The notes under the pieces are model-generated. The model saw only the letters and a program-made list of their open reading frames with translations, made no database searches and had not been told where the DNA came from. A program made the position numbers and the translations under genes. A stretch of 63,481 bases of DNA, counting the filler, from Octopus bimaculoides (Eukaryota): assembly GCF_001194135.2 (NCBI RefSeq). It is 6 parts of 5 records of this genome, joined end to end, with 100 filler letters (N's around TTAATTAATTAA, not from the genome) between each part and the next. Parts side by side here need not be neighbours in the genome. Positions count along the whole stretch, not along the records: positions 29,985 to 50,014 come from NC_068984.1; positions 50,115 to 55,239 come from NC_068984.1; 4 more parts are not named here. One strand, given 5' to 3'. The first letter of the stretch is position 1; every line of letters begins with the position of its first letter. This document shows positions 37,171 through 50,357 of this stretch, in pieces.

Positions 37171-39033
37171 GGATGTGAACATACTGAGTAATAAATAAAA
37201 ATTGAGGTGGAGGGGTTGATGATAAATACAAGTTGGGTGGAAGGCAGAGAAGAATGATGATGATGATGATGAGGGCTCAGAGATAAATGTTGTAAATGAT
37301 GGGTGTGTGATTAATGATGCATAAGAGTCAGTGAAAGCTTGAGGAGAATAGGTGCTGACTGGCAGTAAATGAAGAGAGAAGAGCAGCAAAATAGCAATAA
37401 TACAGCAAACAGGAGAAGGATGAGCGAAAGGGAGATGATGTGTTGATGTGTGGGTTGCAAGAGTATGAGTGGAGAGATAAGTGTAGCGTATGGAGAGAGT
37501 GAGAGATGTAATGATGGTGTGGCCAAGTCAACAGGAAGTGGATCAGTGGAGAAGGAGAGGAAGAGATAATTTGGTAACAAAAAAAGGGCTGAGTGATCAA
37601 TGTTAAACGAGAGTTACACTCATTATCATCATCATTTAACATCCATTTTCTATGCCGGCATGGATTGGATGCTTTGACCAGAGCAGGTAAGCTGGAGCGT
37701 TGCACCTGATGGCATAGCATATGGCCCCGTTATTCCATCAGATTATACAGGAAAGTGCCATAGCCAATAACTAGTGAAGCAGCATTGTAGTCAACTGTTA
37801 CAAGGGCATGTCTTTCCAAGCCATTTCCTTTCATTTTTATAGCCTTGTCTACTACATCATTGCATCACCCTCAATCTGGCTGAACTTTTATACTAACCAG
37901 ATTTGCTATGTAGCCCTCTGTAGGTTGTCCAGCAGAAAATTCCAGTTGTTTTATGTGTTATAATGAATATATATATATATATATATTAGGAAGTCAAAAA
38001 TTATGGCTGGTCATGAAGTGACCATTGGCTTCACACTTATAAAGTGTTTAGCAGTTTAGATGACTCATCAGATTGAAATAGCTGAAGGCACATAACCTCT
38101 TTACAACTAGAGGAAAAAATACATAATGGTCAGTTGGCTTGTAAAGAAAAAATATGCAAAAAATAAATGTGCATGATGGAATAAAGTACCTTACTTGAGA
38201 GCCAATAAAGTTTGGCATCAAAATGGATATCTAGCTAGAAAATACTTCTCCAAGAAGTCTCATTTTAGCAGACCTAAAACCGATGATGGTGATTATGACA
38301 AGTGCAGTTAATAAAATAAGATAAGCAATAGCTTTCTATATACTTTTCTAAATTTTTAATATTAAAAGCATGAATGTATATTCATGCAGTTGCTATATTG
38401 GTGCTATGCACATCAAAATGCTTTCCATTTTAATTTATTAATGTATACTTCATAAACTGCATTAGAAGTTTTGATGCTATGCACTAGCTTTGAATTTAAA
38501 ATATTTCGGACCAACTCATCAAAAGTTGCTCAGTGGTTGAGAAAATTTATAGAAAACTATGATAAAAAACAGCTTCCTTTTTAATAATTTTTGTGTGAAG
38601 TCTGTTTGATCTCCAGTGTTCTATGAACTGAAAAAGGTTAAGATCTATTGCTTTAGGGTCTAATTTAAGGAAAATTTGGCTGTTATTTCTTTCTGGACAG
38701 ATCACTACAAAGAGGTTCCTTCATTTCTTTCCTTTATATATAAAAATCAGTGTTTTATTGAAAACTACAATTCTTGCAGGAAATAACTGAATGATTAATA
38801 ACAAAGTGATAATTCCTTGCAGAAGAGTTTTAATTTCACTTCCTTCTTTAGAAATCCAAATGCCAAGAAAGGATGTTCTTTAAATTATTCAGTGTAAACT
38901 TTAGGATTTGTCATATCTTGTACCAAAATGTCTCAGACTGTTCCATCATTCATGTTGGAAATAAGTATTTTCAATCCAATATTCACTTGTTTTTCATTAT
39001 TATTATTATTATTATTATTATGATTAAGAAATC

Positions 39034-39069
<36 letters not shown>

Positions 39070-39675
39070 GAGTGAGAGAATACAGCATGCCATCAAAGTG
39101 ACACTGGGGTAAAATATATGAAGCCCATTATACCCATCGTGACTACCTGTCTGATAAGGGGACACCAGGCACATGCATCACAACCATATGTGCGTGACAT
39201 GGTGATCTCATATCAAGATAAACAGCACATGACCTCGCAGGTGGGGCCCAGTTAGAATTTTCTTTAGGTTGAGTAGCCCATCCCGCTCAAAAGGTCCCTG
39301 AATAAGGTTTGTTTAAGGATGTTGAGCAAAACTTCCATGTTTCCAAAGGTGAATTATTCAAACCCCAAAGACTACCTCTCAACACATGGCTATGATGCAC
39401 CCCCACTACTTCTGCTCGTGATCAGAGATGCACATATTGTCAGCCACCAAGGGACATGCTCAACTGGTTAAAGTCAAACAACTGACAAGCAAATCTGTGG
39501 TATTAAGCAGAATATTTGCTGTAGCCCATCTTTTTATACCAAGACAAAACAATGTACATGATAACACTTCCAATCAATTAAGATCAGAAGCCATGAGAGC
39601 AACTGCCTGGTACTGCATCCGGGCATTTATGATGTCGCATCAGGGCATTTATGGTGCTGCATCAGGGTATTTATT
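39070..39675. repeat. Complete ~560-bp (TAA/ATT)n-embedded interspersed element (family F) plus terminal motif repeats
   Basis: Flanked on both sides by (ATT)n; partial copies at 19612, 47843 and 48248; no ORF or pol III boxes recognised. Confidence 0.85.
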
Positions 39676-40334
39676 ATCAAGGCAACTATTATTATTATTA
39701 TCATTATTATTATTATTATTGTTATTATCATCATTATTATCATTATTAAGAAAACATTATTATTATTATTATTATTATTATTATAATTATTATTATTATT
39801 ATTATCATCATTATTATTATTATTATTACCCTCTTTCTGCTCCTTCTTATCATCCATTTTCATTTCCTTCTCGTTTTTTATTTTATTCTGTTCCTCCAAT
39901 TTTTTCTCTCCATTGTCCTCAACATCTTCACCACCAATCATAATCTTGCAAGTTCTCCTCCTACTCCTTCTTCTACTCATCTTCCTACTCCTTTTTCTCC
40001 TCGTCCTCTTCATTTTCATTATCTTTCTTATTTTTTATTATTCTCTTTCCATCTTCTTGAAGAAGATGGGAAAGAAACGAAAGAATGAAAAAAAAAACAG
40101 AAAGAGAAGAAAGAAGGAAATGGAGGAGGAGAAAAGATTTATTCATTTTTGTCAATAAAAAGAATACAAGTACAACAAAAAAAGAAAATTAAAAGATAAT
40201 AAAAAGCAAAAGCAGTAACTGTAACAACAACAATACTAATTTCTGATTATAATTTTTTGCAAATGAAAAGAACACTTTAAGATTTATGGATATGGATATG
40301 GATATATATATGTAGCATATATATATATATATAT

Positions 40335-40690
40335 ATATATACCTCAAGACACTTATACTCTGTCTAGTATGCTCACTGATATTACACATCCAGCAGAGCA
40401 TACTGACTTCATTCCTTGTGAGCTTACGCATGTCCTCAACAGTCACGGCCCATGTTTCACTGCCATGTAGCATGGCTGTTCATACACAAGCATCATACAG
40501 TCTGCTTTTTACTCTGAGTGAGAGGCCCTTTGTCACCAGCAGAGGTAGGAGCTCTCTGAACTTTGCTCAGGCTATTCTTATTCTAGCAGCTACACTTTCA
40601 GAGCACCCACCCCTGCTACTAGCTTGGTCACCTAAGTAACAGAAGCTATCAACTACTCCTAGTTTTTCTCATACTAGCAGAGGCACCCTG
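40335..40690 (-). pseudogene. RTE-like LINE fragment
   Basis: RIAWAKFRELLPLLVTKGLSLRVKSRLYDACVWTAMLHGSETWAVTVEDMRKLTRNEVSMLCWMC. Confidence 0.85.
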
Positions 40691-41009
40691 TGTTGCCCAG
40701 GAATGAAATTTTTCCTTATATATTGGAAGAAAATATCAAAGTATGTTGTATAGAAATTTGTTATTCTAAATTCAATTTATTCTTTAATTGGGAAATCAAT
40801 TCTGAATTTATAATACAGAATACTACTACTACTAATAATAATAATAATAAACAAAAACACAAAATTTACCCCTTTTATGAAAGGAGATTAATTCTACAAT
40901 ATATGTTGAAGGAAATTATGTAAGAGCTTCAGGGTAAACAACATTCTTTGTTCTCTGGTTTTGAGCATAGACAAATAAGTCTTGCAAACTACCTACCCTT
41001 GAGCAACCA

Positions 41010-42185
41010 ACAAAGTTGACCATGAGAAAAGCAAGCCTGTAGATTTCAAAGACTGACCTTGAGTTTTATTAATAGACATTGCAAAGCAAAGTCACACTGG
41101 GAATTGTGTTTGTTTGAACTCAGAGGGCATATCTGTTGGTTTGATTGGAATTCTTGGAATGAAAACTTCTTCCCCAAAGATACATCCAGTGATAATGGTA
41201 GCTTCTGTCACATTAGGTGATAATGTCTTCACAATCAACCTTGCCCCATGGCACAATTTAGGAGGATCTAAATTTCTTAGAAGCATTATTAGGACTCCTA
41301 CCTTCAGGAAAAGTTTATGTGGAGGAATTCCAGGTAGCTCAAGAGAATTAAGGAACTTTGTTGGGTAATGGACAACTTGATTTTCGTCAAGGACTGAATC
41401 AACTGATTTATACTTCTTAATGACCGTTGGAATCTCATTCATTAATTCATGGTTAATTCTTGCTACTGTCTCATTATTTGAAGTATGAATTGCCCTTTCA
41501 CACAACCATTTATTTGAATTATGATTATTACTTAAGTCTGGCAATACCCTGTTCTTTAATTCAGCTTGGGAGTTCACCATGATAGCAATATGACCAAAAC
41601 TGATATCACCATTCCCATCATATGGTATTTTCTCATTTCCTTATTGGTGGAGCCAGGTTGAAAACTGTTTTGCACATTGGTCCCCATGTAATGAAACTCG
41701 CACATTAGTATTGAAGGAGAATTTCAATACTTTATTCCATAGGTGTGAAGACTTAATGCATGCATTTATTTCATCAGATGTTGTTCATCTCAGAATGGCT
41801 GGTAATGTCTGTCTGAAGTCTCCTGATAAAACTAATGTAACTCCTCCCATAAATTTATTGTTGTTTCTGATGTCCTGTAAGATCTTACCAAGAGTTTCCA
41901 TTGCACCTCTATATGACAGGGTGCATTCATCCCAAATGATAAGGTGGCATTGGCACAACACTTCTGCTGAACCTGAATCTTTGCTTATGTTACAAATTGG
42001 ACTGTCACTTGTGACCAGGTTTAGTGGTAATTTAAAAGCAGAACAAGCTGTTTATCCTCCTGGGAGAATGGTGGCAGCAAAGCCAGACAATGGTACAGCA
42101 ACTGCAAATTTTTTTTTTGTTGCCTTACTTTGGAGAGAAGCAATGTTATAAATGTTTTACCTGTGTCGCCAGGAGCATCATGAAA
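41010..42185 (-). mobile_element. Helitron PIF1-like helicase, decayed
   Basis: Walker A DAPGDTGKTF, IIWDECT, LSGDFRQTLP, WLCERAI, FLNSL..PGIPPHKL.LKVG..IMLLRNLDPPKLCHGARL, FIPRIP. Confidence 0.93.
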
Positions 42186-42252
42186 GAAAATTCATCAGAT
42201 TTTTTCTAATGATTGTGGAATGTCGCACACATGCAAGCATGCATGCACTCAT

Positions 42253-42283
<31 letters not shown>

Positions 42284-44196
42284 TACATATACATACAGTA
42301 TCGAACATGAGATGAAATGGATGTGTGTGTGAGAGAAAGAGAGACAGACAGAGTGAGTGAGTGAAGGGATGTGTTGTCATGTATACGTACACACATACAT
42401 AAACAGGCATACATCTTTCTTGTATGTATGCGTGCATGTGTGTGAGAGAGAGAGAGAGAGTGCCACTTAGACATCACTCTCTCTCTCTCTCACACATGCA
42501 CACACATACATACAAAAAAGATGTATGCATATGTATTTATGTATGTATGAATACATGTCAATAAACCCCTTCACCCACTCACACACACAGACACACACAC
42601 CATACATAAATGTATGCAGACGTACATACAAAAACACGTGTGTGTGTGACTGACTAGAAATACATAGAGCTGAACATAGCATGAAAAAGAAAATAAATAA
42701 ATTTTACACAAATTAACGAAGTGTGCGAGTTCCAGCAAAATAATGCCCATAATTTTTGGACACCCCATGTTGAATTGCAAAATTTTAATGTGATATTTGT
42801 GTAATAAAGAAATCAAACCTGGAGTGCGAGCGCGCACGTGTGCGTGTGTGTGTGAGAGAGAGAGAACATTGCAAACAATGAATGAGATGGAGATGGAATT
42901 AAAAAATTGTATAAATAAAAGCATGTTGAAAAGCATCTTATACCGAATATTTAAATTTGTGAACTTAGTAAATATTTCTTTCAGTAATTTATCGTACTTG
43001 TTTACAAATAGCGAATTAAAACTTAAAATGAAAACATTAAAATTAGACAGGGAGAAAATTCACCGTTTTTATGTCAATACCAGTAGTTGACATTGACGAA
43101 CCTTTTTGAAGAAGTGAATCTAATCTAATAATATCCCAAGGTATATTTGTTGAGAATTTCATTAAAAAATATCTACTTTCTTGAAAGTTAAGACGAATTG
43201 AAGTAGACTCCAGTGAATTTGCAGAAATTTCCCACCGCCTCCTAAAATACTTACCCCCCAAAATGTAATATATTCGAAATGGACATGATATAACACATAT
43301 TCGTTGAAAATTTTATTTAAAAATATCCATTTTTCTGAGAATTATGATCATCCAAATTGGGCGGGTGGGGGCAGTAATCTGTAGTTATGCCAACAAATTT
43401 GACACTTTCCTTCTATGCATGGTTATATATGTATACAGAAATACACGAGTGCAGAACATATAAACAATGAAAATAACTTGATAACGGAAATTATGTTTCT
43501 TTATACAATGGGCAAAAACTAAGTAAGAAATGTTAATGGAAAATAAAGTATTGTGCAGGTTGAAGGGAATTTTGTCACTCAGTGAACCAAAGAGCCAGTA
43601 TTGAAGGAACCAGAAAGAAACCATCAACAATAGAAAAACACAAGGCCATACGGATTGAAGTGAAATTTATGAAGATACTTCTGTCAGTAAATTATGAAAT
43701 TATTTACATAAGTAATTGTGAACTTCTTTCTGTCAGTAATTTGTCATTGTTTGTTAGTAAATAGCGATTCAAAACTTAGACTTACAGTGAAAACATTAAC
43801 ATGGAAATTAAACAATGGTGTATTAAAATTGAATGTGAAAAGAATAACGTCTGAAAAATGATAGTGAAAACAAGAGATATAGATAGAGAGATATGTTACA
43901 GAGAAATAGAGATAGATAGAGAGAGATGGATAGAGAGATATACATAAAGAGATATGTTATGTCTCAGACACTAGAAAACCGTAAGTGAATATTTTTAAAT
44001 CTTTGAAAGACGTGAATGTAATATAAAAAGCAATATTTTTTGTTTTTAATAATTTTTAATAAAAAAAAGCAAATGAAGACCCTATTATATGTCCGAGGTA
44101 AAATTATTAATGCATCACAAGTAATGGAGGTGATTGGTGAAGTAGTTTTCACATGAAAAGTGAATACCCACACATCTCTATTTTATATATTAATAT

Positions 44197-44244
<48 letters not shown>

Positions 44245-44339
44245 ACACATATATATACACACACACATACACACATATATATACATGAATATCTATACAT
44301 ATCTATCTATTTATGTGTGTGTGTATGCATTTATATATG

Positions 44340-44517
44340 CTGGTGCCATGTAAAAAGCACCCACTGCACTCTGTATCATGGTTGGCATTAGGAAAGGCAT
44401 CCAGCCATAGAAATCTTGCCAAAACAAACAAATGGTGTCTGGTGTAGCTCTCTGGCTTGCTAGCACCTATCAAGCCATCTAACCCATGCTAGCATGGAAA
44501 CTGGAGATTAGATGATG
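44340..44517 (+). mobile_element. LINE (RTE-like) 3' UTR, family E
   Basis: aaaagcacccactgcactc..ggttggcattaggaaaggcatccagc..aacccatgctagcatggaaa. Confidence 0.75.
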
Positions 44518-44540
44518 AGGAGGAGCAGGAGGAGGAGGAA

Positions 44541-44641
44541 GGAGGAGGAGGAGGAAGGGGATGAGGAGGTAGAGGAGGAGGAGGAAGGGGATGAGGAGGT
44601 AGAGGAGGAGGAGGAAGGGGATGAGGAGGTAGAGGAGGAGG
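44541..44641. repeat. 30-bp purine-rich minisatellite (agaggaggaggaggaaggggatgaggaggt)n running into a gap
   Basis: At least three exact units read directly. Confidence 0.9.
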
Positions 44642-45279
44642 NNNNNNNNNNNNNNNNNNNNNNNNNNNNNNNNNNNNNNNNNNNNNNNNNNNNNNNNNNN
44701 NNNNNNNNNNNNNNNNNNNNNNNNNNNNNNNNNNNNNNNNNNNNNNNNNNNNNNNNNNNNNNNNNNNNNNNNNNNNNNNNNNNNNNNNNNNNNNNNNNNN
44801 NNNNNNNNNNNNNNNNNNNNNNNNNNNNNNNNNNNNNNNNNNNNNNNNNNNNNNNNNNNNNNNNNNNNNNNNNNNNNNNNNNNNNNNNNNNNNNNNNNNN
44901 NNNNNNNNNNNNNNNNNNNNNNNNNNNNNNNNNNTTTGTGTTGTATTTTGCATGCATTGATATCATAAGAATGGTTCAAAATTCAGCTGCATCATGATCT
45001 AAATGTTCACTGAGTGGAATTTTCCCTGCATCAGTTTATGCATTTGTCATTCATGCATTTTGAAATCATTTGGTCGAAATACTATATTTTGCAAAGATTA
45101 AATTGCAAAAAAAAAAAAGCATTTTTTTCTCTTTAGAATTTTTTTGTATATCTTGTGCCTTTTTTGGGAATATCTTTAAATTGCTTCTATAAATGAACAT
45201 ACTCCCATATATATATATATATATATATATATATTGCTTAAGAAGACACTTCAAACCAAGTGAAATCGTAGTTATGGAC

Positions 45280-45710
45280 AATGCTGGTGTCATGTAACTA
45301 GTACCTGTGCCAGTGGCATATAAAAAGCACCTTTCAAGCATTGGGCCTCATGGAGGTAAAATGGCCAATGCCTATGACATGTCAAAAGCACCTTTCAAGT
45401 GTTGGGCCTCATGGAGGCAATGTTGAATGACCAAGACATTTGACATTATGCCATGCTTGAGAAGAAGACCAATCAAGCCAAGTAATATTACAGTCATGGC
45501 AGATACTGGAGTCAGGCAAAAGGCACCCATGCCAGTGTCATGTAAAAGAATCCATTATACTCTCGGAGTGGTTGGTGTTAGCAAGGGCATCCAACTATAG
45601 AAACCATGCCAAATCAGACTGGAATATGGTGCAGCCTTCCAGCTTGCCAGCCCTGGTTAAACTGTCCAACCCATGCCAGAATGGACAACGGATGTTAAAT
45701 GATGATGTTG
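45280..45710 (+). mobile_element. LINE (RTE-like) 3' end, family E variant
   Basis: gaccaagacatttgacattatgccatgcttgagaagaagaccaatcaagccaagtaa, then the family E tail; duplicated aaaagcacctttcaag..ttgggcctcatggagg motif upstream. Confidence 0.7.
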
Positions 45711-45974
45711 AACAATGAGAATGAGTGCTCAATACCACATTGGTGGGTAAAGATTCTTAAAATATTTTCTCAAGATGAAACCAATGGTAGCCTTAATATA
45801 CAAATAAAGTATAATATATATATCATGTTGAGTAAAAAGTAAGCAATGTTTTGAGCCATGAAGAATTTGTACAAGATTTTAGCAGAGTATTAAATTTGTT
45901 TTAAACATTTTTTTGCAATTGTTTCATAATACAGACATAAACTTGCCCAAATGCATCAATAAATTAACATGGTA

Positions 45975-46300
45975 TCAAAAACAACATGGTATCACTTCTG
46001 CACCTGCCCTATTCACCAGATTTAGTACCTGCAGACTTCCATCTCTTCCCCAAGATGAAAAAGCAGCTCAAAGGTCACCGTTTTAACACCATTGTCAAGA
46101 TCCAGAGTGAATCACAGAAGGTCCTCAACTCATTTACAGAAAATTACTTCCAGGCTAGATTCCCAAAATGGCAAGAACACTGGGACCAGTGTATTATTGT
46201 GCAAAGTAACTATTTTGAAGAAGATGATGTCAAAACATAAGTAAATATGTTATTTTTTTATCAGACATAACTAGTCCAGGAACATTTTGATACCACCTCA
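45975..46300 (+). mobile_element. Mariner 3' fragment, same family as 4142-5437
   Basis: LPYSPDLVPADFHLFPKMKKQLKGHRF..WQEHWDQCI..YFEED*, and 3' TIR ggaacattttgataccacctc. Confidence 0.92.
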
Positions 46301-47366
46301 TGACTTTTTATAGGGATTCATCTTTATTAGTTTCCCATATTTTGTTGGGAACAGTAAAGTTCCTATGTCCATTGACCTTTCTAGACTTTGCTGTCCATCT
46401 CTTCCAGTTCCACTGCTATTTTTTGATTGTTATTAGTAAGAACCATAGAAATGATGTTGCTTTAAGGATGATGTAATTATTTCTGGGCTAAAAGACTTTA
46501 CCAGTTTTTTTTTTTTACCATTAACAGCAGATTCCTTTCAGCAATCAAGAGCCAGTTCTAGTTTGCCTCTAGCATATACTATTTTTGAGTAAAGTATTGT
46601 GATTTTTTTTATCCTGTTCATATAGCTTCTTGTGTAGTCTTCTAATTTTTAAAGCAATTCCACTTAAGATGGTCGTATTATCCTATGTTTTTCTGTTGAG
46701 TTTTGTTCTTACTTTATGTAAGATATCTTTATTATAAATGCATCATAAGCTGCAAGAAATTTCATACTTGTATGGCAAATGAAACAGTTTGAGGTTTGAA
46801 GTTTACAACATTCATACTTGCATGCAAATTTGAAAATTATATAAGTCAACTGTAAAACTAGAAAAAAAAAAGAAAGAAAGAAGAAAACTGTTAATGGTAA
46901 CAGATACCAAATCACAAATCTTGTAATTTTTATATGATTCTTGCTTACTATAAACAATCAATAACAAATGTCATAGCTAACAACTTTGTCTAGGAGATAA
47001 AATCTCTGAACTTTGCTATTACTTATCACATACATATGTATGTATATGTGCATGAGTGTGTGTGTGTGTGTGTGTGTATTCCACCTGACTCATGTGAGCA
47101 TGGAAATGTGAACACTAAAGTAATGATGATGAAAAAATCATGATGATATGTGTGTTAGTGTGATTGTGTATGTGGTGCATGTATATATAAGTAAATGGTT
47201 CCACTTTTCTCAGCTAAATTTTAGCCTCATTCTCATATTCTGCCTCTCTCTCTTCCTCTCTCTTTCTCAGACACTTACACTGCTATTCTTTCTCTCTTTC
47301 GTATTCCTGCCTATAATTCCTAAAGGTTTTAAATGAACATAGACCAACTAATTTCATGAATGCAAA

Positions 47367-47412
47367 TTGTACTGAGGAGCCCATAAGAAGGGTGAAATAG
47401 CATTATCTACAA
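47367..47412 (+). ncRNA. Type I hammerhead ribozyme motif
   Basis: Stem I TTGTA/TACAA; core CTGAGGA 47372-47378; stem II GCCC/GGGT; GAAA 47394-47397; stem III ATA-GCAT-TAT; triplet ATC, predicted cleavage after 47407. Confidence 0.75.
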
Positions 47413-48247
47413 CTACTAGGACATTTAAAAAGAAATCAAAAATAAATTGTATGGAAATATTATTTCATATGCTCTCTCACTGATAAGAAAAATATCTCTC
47501 GTAATAATAATAAAAATAATAAAAATTCCACACCCTGAAGAGGTTCTCTTCCCTTAAAGAGAACCATCACCCACTCTTTTGCTTCTTAGGAAATTTTCTT
47601 TCTCTTTCCCTCTCTTACTCCAAAAGCAACTGTAGGTGGCATCACCAACAGTCCTCCATCAATAATTTCCCAAGTCTACATATTTACATTTACTGACAAT
47701 ACAGCACCCTATTTCCTATTCTGTTACTACCACCTTCCCACTACCAACACATTCTCTATGCAGGTAAATGATGAGTGAGACACTCTTTCTTGTGTTGTCA
47801 TGAAAAATATATCTAGTATACACGTTTGTTTGACAAATCAGTTAAGATCAGAAGCCATGAACAGAAGCATCAGGGAATTTATTATTATTATTTACTTTTA
47901 ATCTGCATGTTTGTTACAATTGATTGCCAAGACGTGCCCAGTGTCCTAGGGCGAGTAAAGGATAAGAGATGTTACAGTCTGACTGAAAGCTTGGGGAGGA
48001 GAAGTGGCAGGAGCAGTAGTGAAACATCTTCAAGTAATACAGCACAGACATTTAAATGGATAGGGTTTCTCTAAGGATGTGGGCAGTCTTTGTCAGCACA
48101 AACTTTTGAATTTTTCTGAGACATGGTTCTCCTGGGATCTTATCTAGATATTTCTGACATCCCTTTTTTATTATACCAAGGACACCTCCAATAACAGGAA
48201 CAGTTCTCTCTTTATAAATTATTATTATTATTATTATTATTATTATT

Positions 48248-48494
48248 GAGTGAGAGAATAGAGCATGCCATTAAAGTGACACTGGGGTAAAATATATGAA
48301 GCCCATTATACCCATCATGACTACTCGTCTGATAAGGGTACCCCAGGCACATGCATCACAACCATGTGTGCACGACATGGTGATCTCATATCAAGATAAA
48401 CCATGCTTGACCTTGCAAGTGGGGCCCAATTAGAATTTTCTTCAGGTTGAGTAGCCCATCCTGCTCAAATGGTCCTTGAATAAGGTTTGTTTAA
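48248..48494. repeat. Family F fragment preceded by (ATT)n
   Basis: Aligns to 39070-39315. Confidence 0.85.
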
Positions 48495-48665
48495 ATTCCT
48501 TTGTCATTGCCTGGAGGACTATGATGAACAGGAGGGGGCTGAGGACTGATCTTTGGGGAACACCTTCTTGTACCCTAAATTCATCGTTATACTCATTGCC
48601 AACCCTCACCTTATTGACAGAATTTCTGTACATGGCTTGTACAGCTCTCACCAACCATACATCTA
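48495..48665 (-). pseudogene. RTE-like LINE RT fragment
   Basis: LVRAVQAMYRNSVNKVRVGNEYNDEFRVQEGVPQRSVLSPLLFIIVLQAMTKEF (GV.QGSVLSPLLF motif). Confidence 0.85.
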
Positions 48666-48879
48666 TCCCTAGTTTCTACAAGACACACTACAGTTCAGAT
48701 ATTATCGAGTATTAATGAGAATTTAATCTCTATGCCTTACCCACAGATTCCCTTACATTTCTGTAAGCCATAAATAGCATATATCTTTCTATTTATTACC
48801 TAAATGTGCTGTGTTGAAATTTGAATATCTTTAATGTAAGCAGAAAACCAAAATGAGATAGATTGTCAATTCTTGTTTT

Positions 48880-49345
48880 TGTCTTTTACTTATTTTAGTC
48901 ATTAAAATATGGCCATGCTGGGTCACTAGCTTGAATTTTTATTTGAATGAATCTGCCCTGGTACTGTTTCAATTTGAAGCCTGGTATTTATTCTATTAAA
49001 CTCTTTTGCTGAACTGCTAAGTTACAGGGATGCAAACACAACAATACTGGTTGTCAAGCAGTGGAGAACAAACACACATAGACAAACAGGCACACACACA
49101 CACACACATGCACTAACACACACGCTCACACTCACACACTCACATGCACTGACACACACGCTCACACTCACACACTCACATACACACACACACTCACATG
49201 ACAGGCTTCTTTCAGTTTCCATCTACCAAATCCACTCACTGATAAAGCTTTGGTTGGCCTAGAAGACACTTGACCAAGGTGCTATGCAGTGGGACTGAAC
49301 CCAGAACCATGTGGTTAGGAAGCAAGCTTCTTAGTTTCTTACCAC
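48880..49345 (-). mobile_element. SINE family A, diverged
   Basis: Reverse complement of the family A head and tail around an internal (CA)n. Confidence 0.75.
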
Positions 49346-50304
49346 ACAACTATGCCTGTGCCTATTGTGGGTAGTCTTAAATTACCTTAGATTACTACAT
49401 GTCGTAATACAAGCAATTTTTCATTTTCCTCTGAACTGTTGAACACATTCCATTCCAGTAAAACAATTCCAAATTTCAATAACATTAGAGAAATTCATAA
49501 TGAACACAAAAGTTATTGACACCAGTGCCTGATCATCTTTTGTAAGAATAAAATTACTTCACACAACATTGTATGGGATCCTGATCTAAAAGATTTTGTT
49601 GTAGAGCATTCAGGTCTGACAGTATCAATACATTTTAACCTTTCTTTCTGTATTTTAGTATCTTCCACACTGACACCAACACCCACATAAATTTATATGT
49701 AGGTTCAGGCTTGCTTTTGCGGTTAAGAAGCTTGCCTCCCAACCATGTAGCTTGAGGTTCAGTCCTACAATACTCCACCTTGGGCAATTGTCTATTTTAC
49801 CCTCGTTCTGGTCTAACAACCCTCCATATCGTCGTTCAATGCTCAAAATGAGGAGTAGATAGACAGCCGACAACTGATGAAGGGTCATTCTTTATGTTAC
49901 TCTCCTGTTTTCCATTTGTTTCTCTCATTGTTTGCATATTGAACTCATTTGCTTTCATATTTCATGTTGTTTACTGTTGGTGACGTCCTGTACCCATATA
50001 TGCATGCATATATANNNNNNNNNNNNNNNNNNNNNNNNNNNNNNNNNNNNNNNNNNNNTTAATTAATTAANNNNNNNNNNNNNNNNNNNNNNNNNNNNNN
50101 NNNNNNNNNNNNNNTGAATAGAGTATCAGTATAGTTATACAGATAACAATATTAGTTTAACCAATATTTTCACAATAAGAGGTATGTTAATAAAATAAAT
50201 AAAAAGAGATGTAATTATTTTATACAAAAATCATGAAATAATGTCAGTATTGAATTCAGGGGCTATAGATAGGGTGTAAAGTTTAAGGATATTAAGTATA
50301 TATA

Positions 50305-50357
<53 letters not shown>

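Noticed and set aside
43043-43261. 72-aa minus-strand ORF with non-repetitive sequence
   Set aside because: No recognisable homology and no convincing splice acceptor
44512-44997. Acidic EEEEEGDEEV repeat ORF
   Set aside because: A 30-bp minisatellite following a LINE tail and running into a gap; no splice or coding context
47535-47565. CTGAAGA followed by a perfect 9-bp hairpin GGTTCTCTT/AAGAGAACC
   Set aside because: No GAAA after the stem and no stem I or III, so not a hammerhead as it stands
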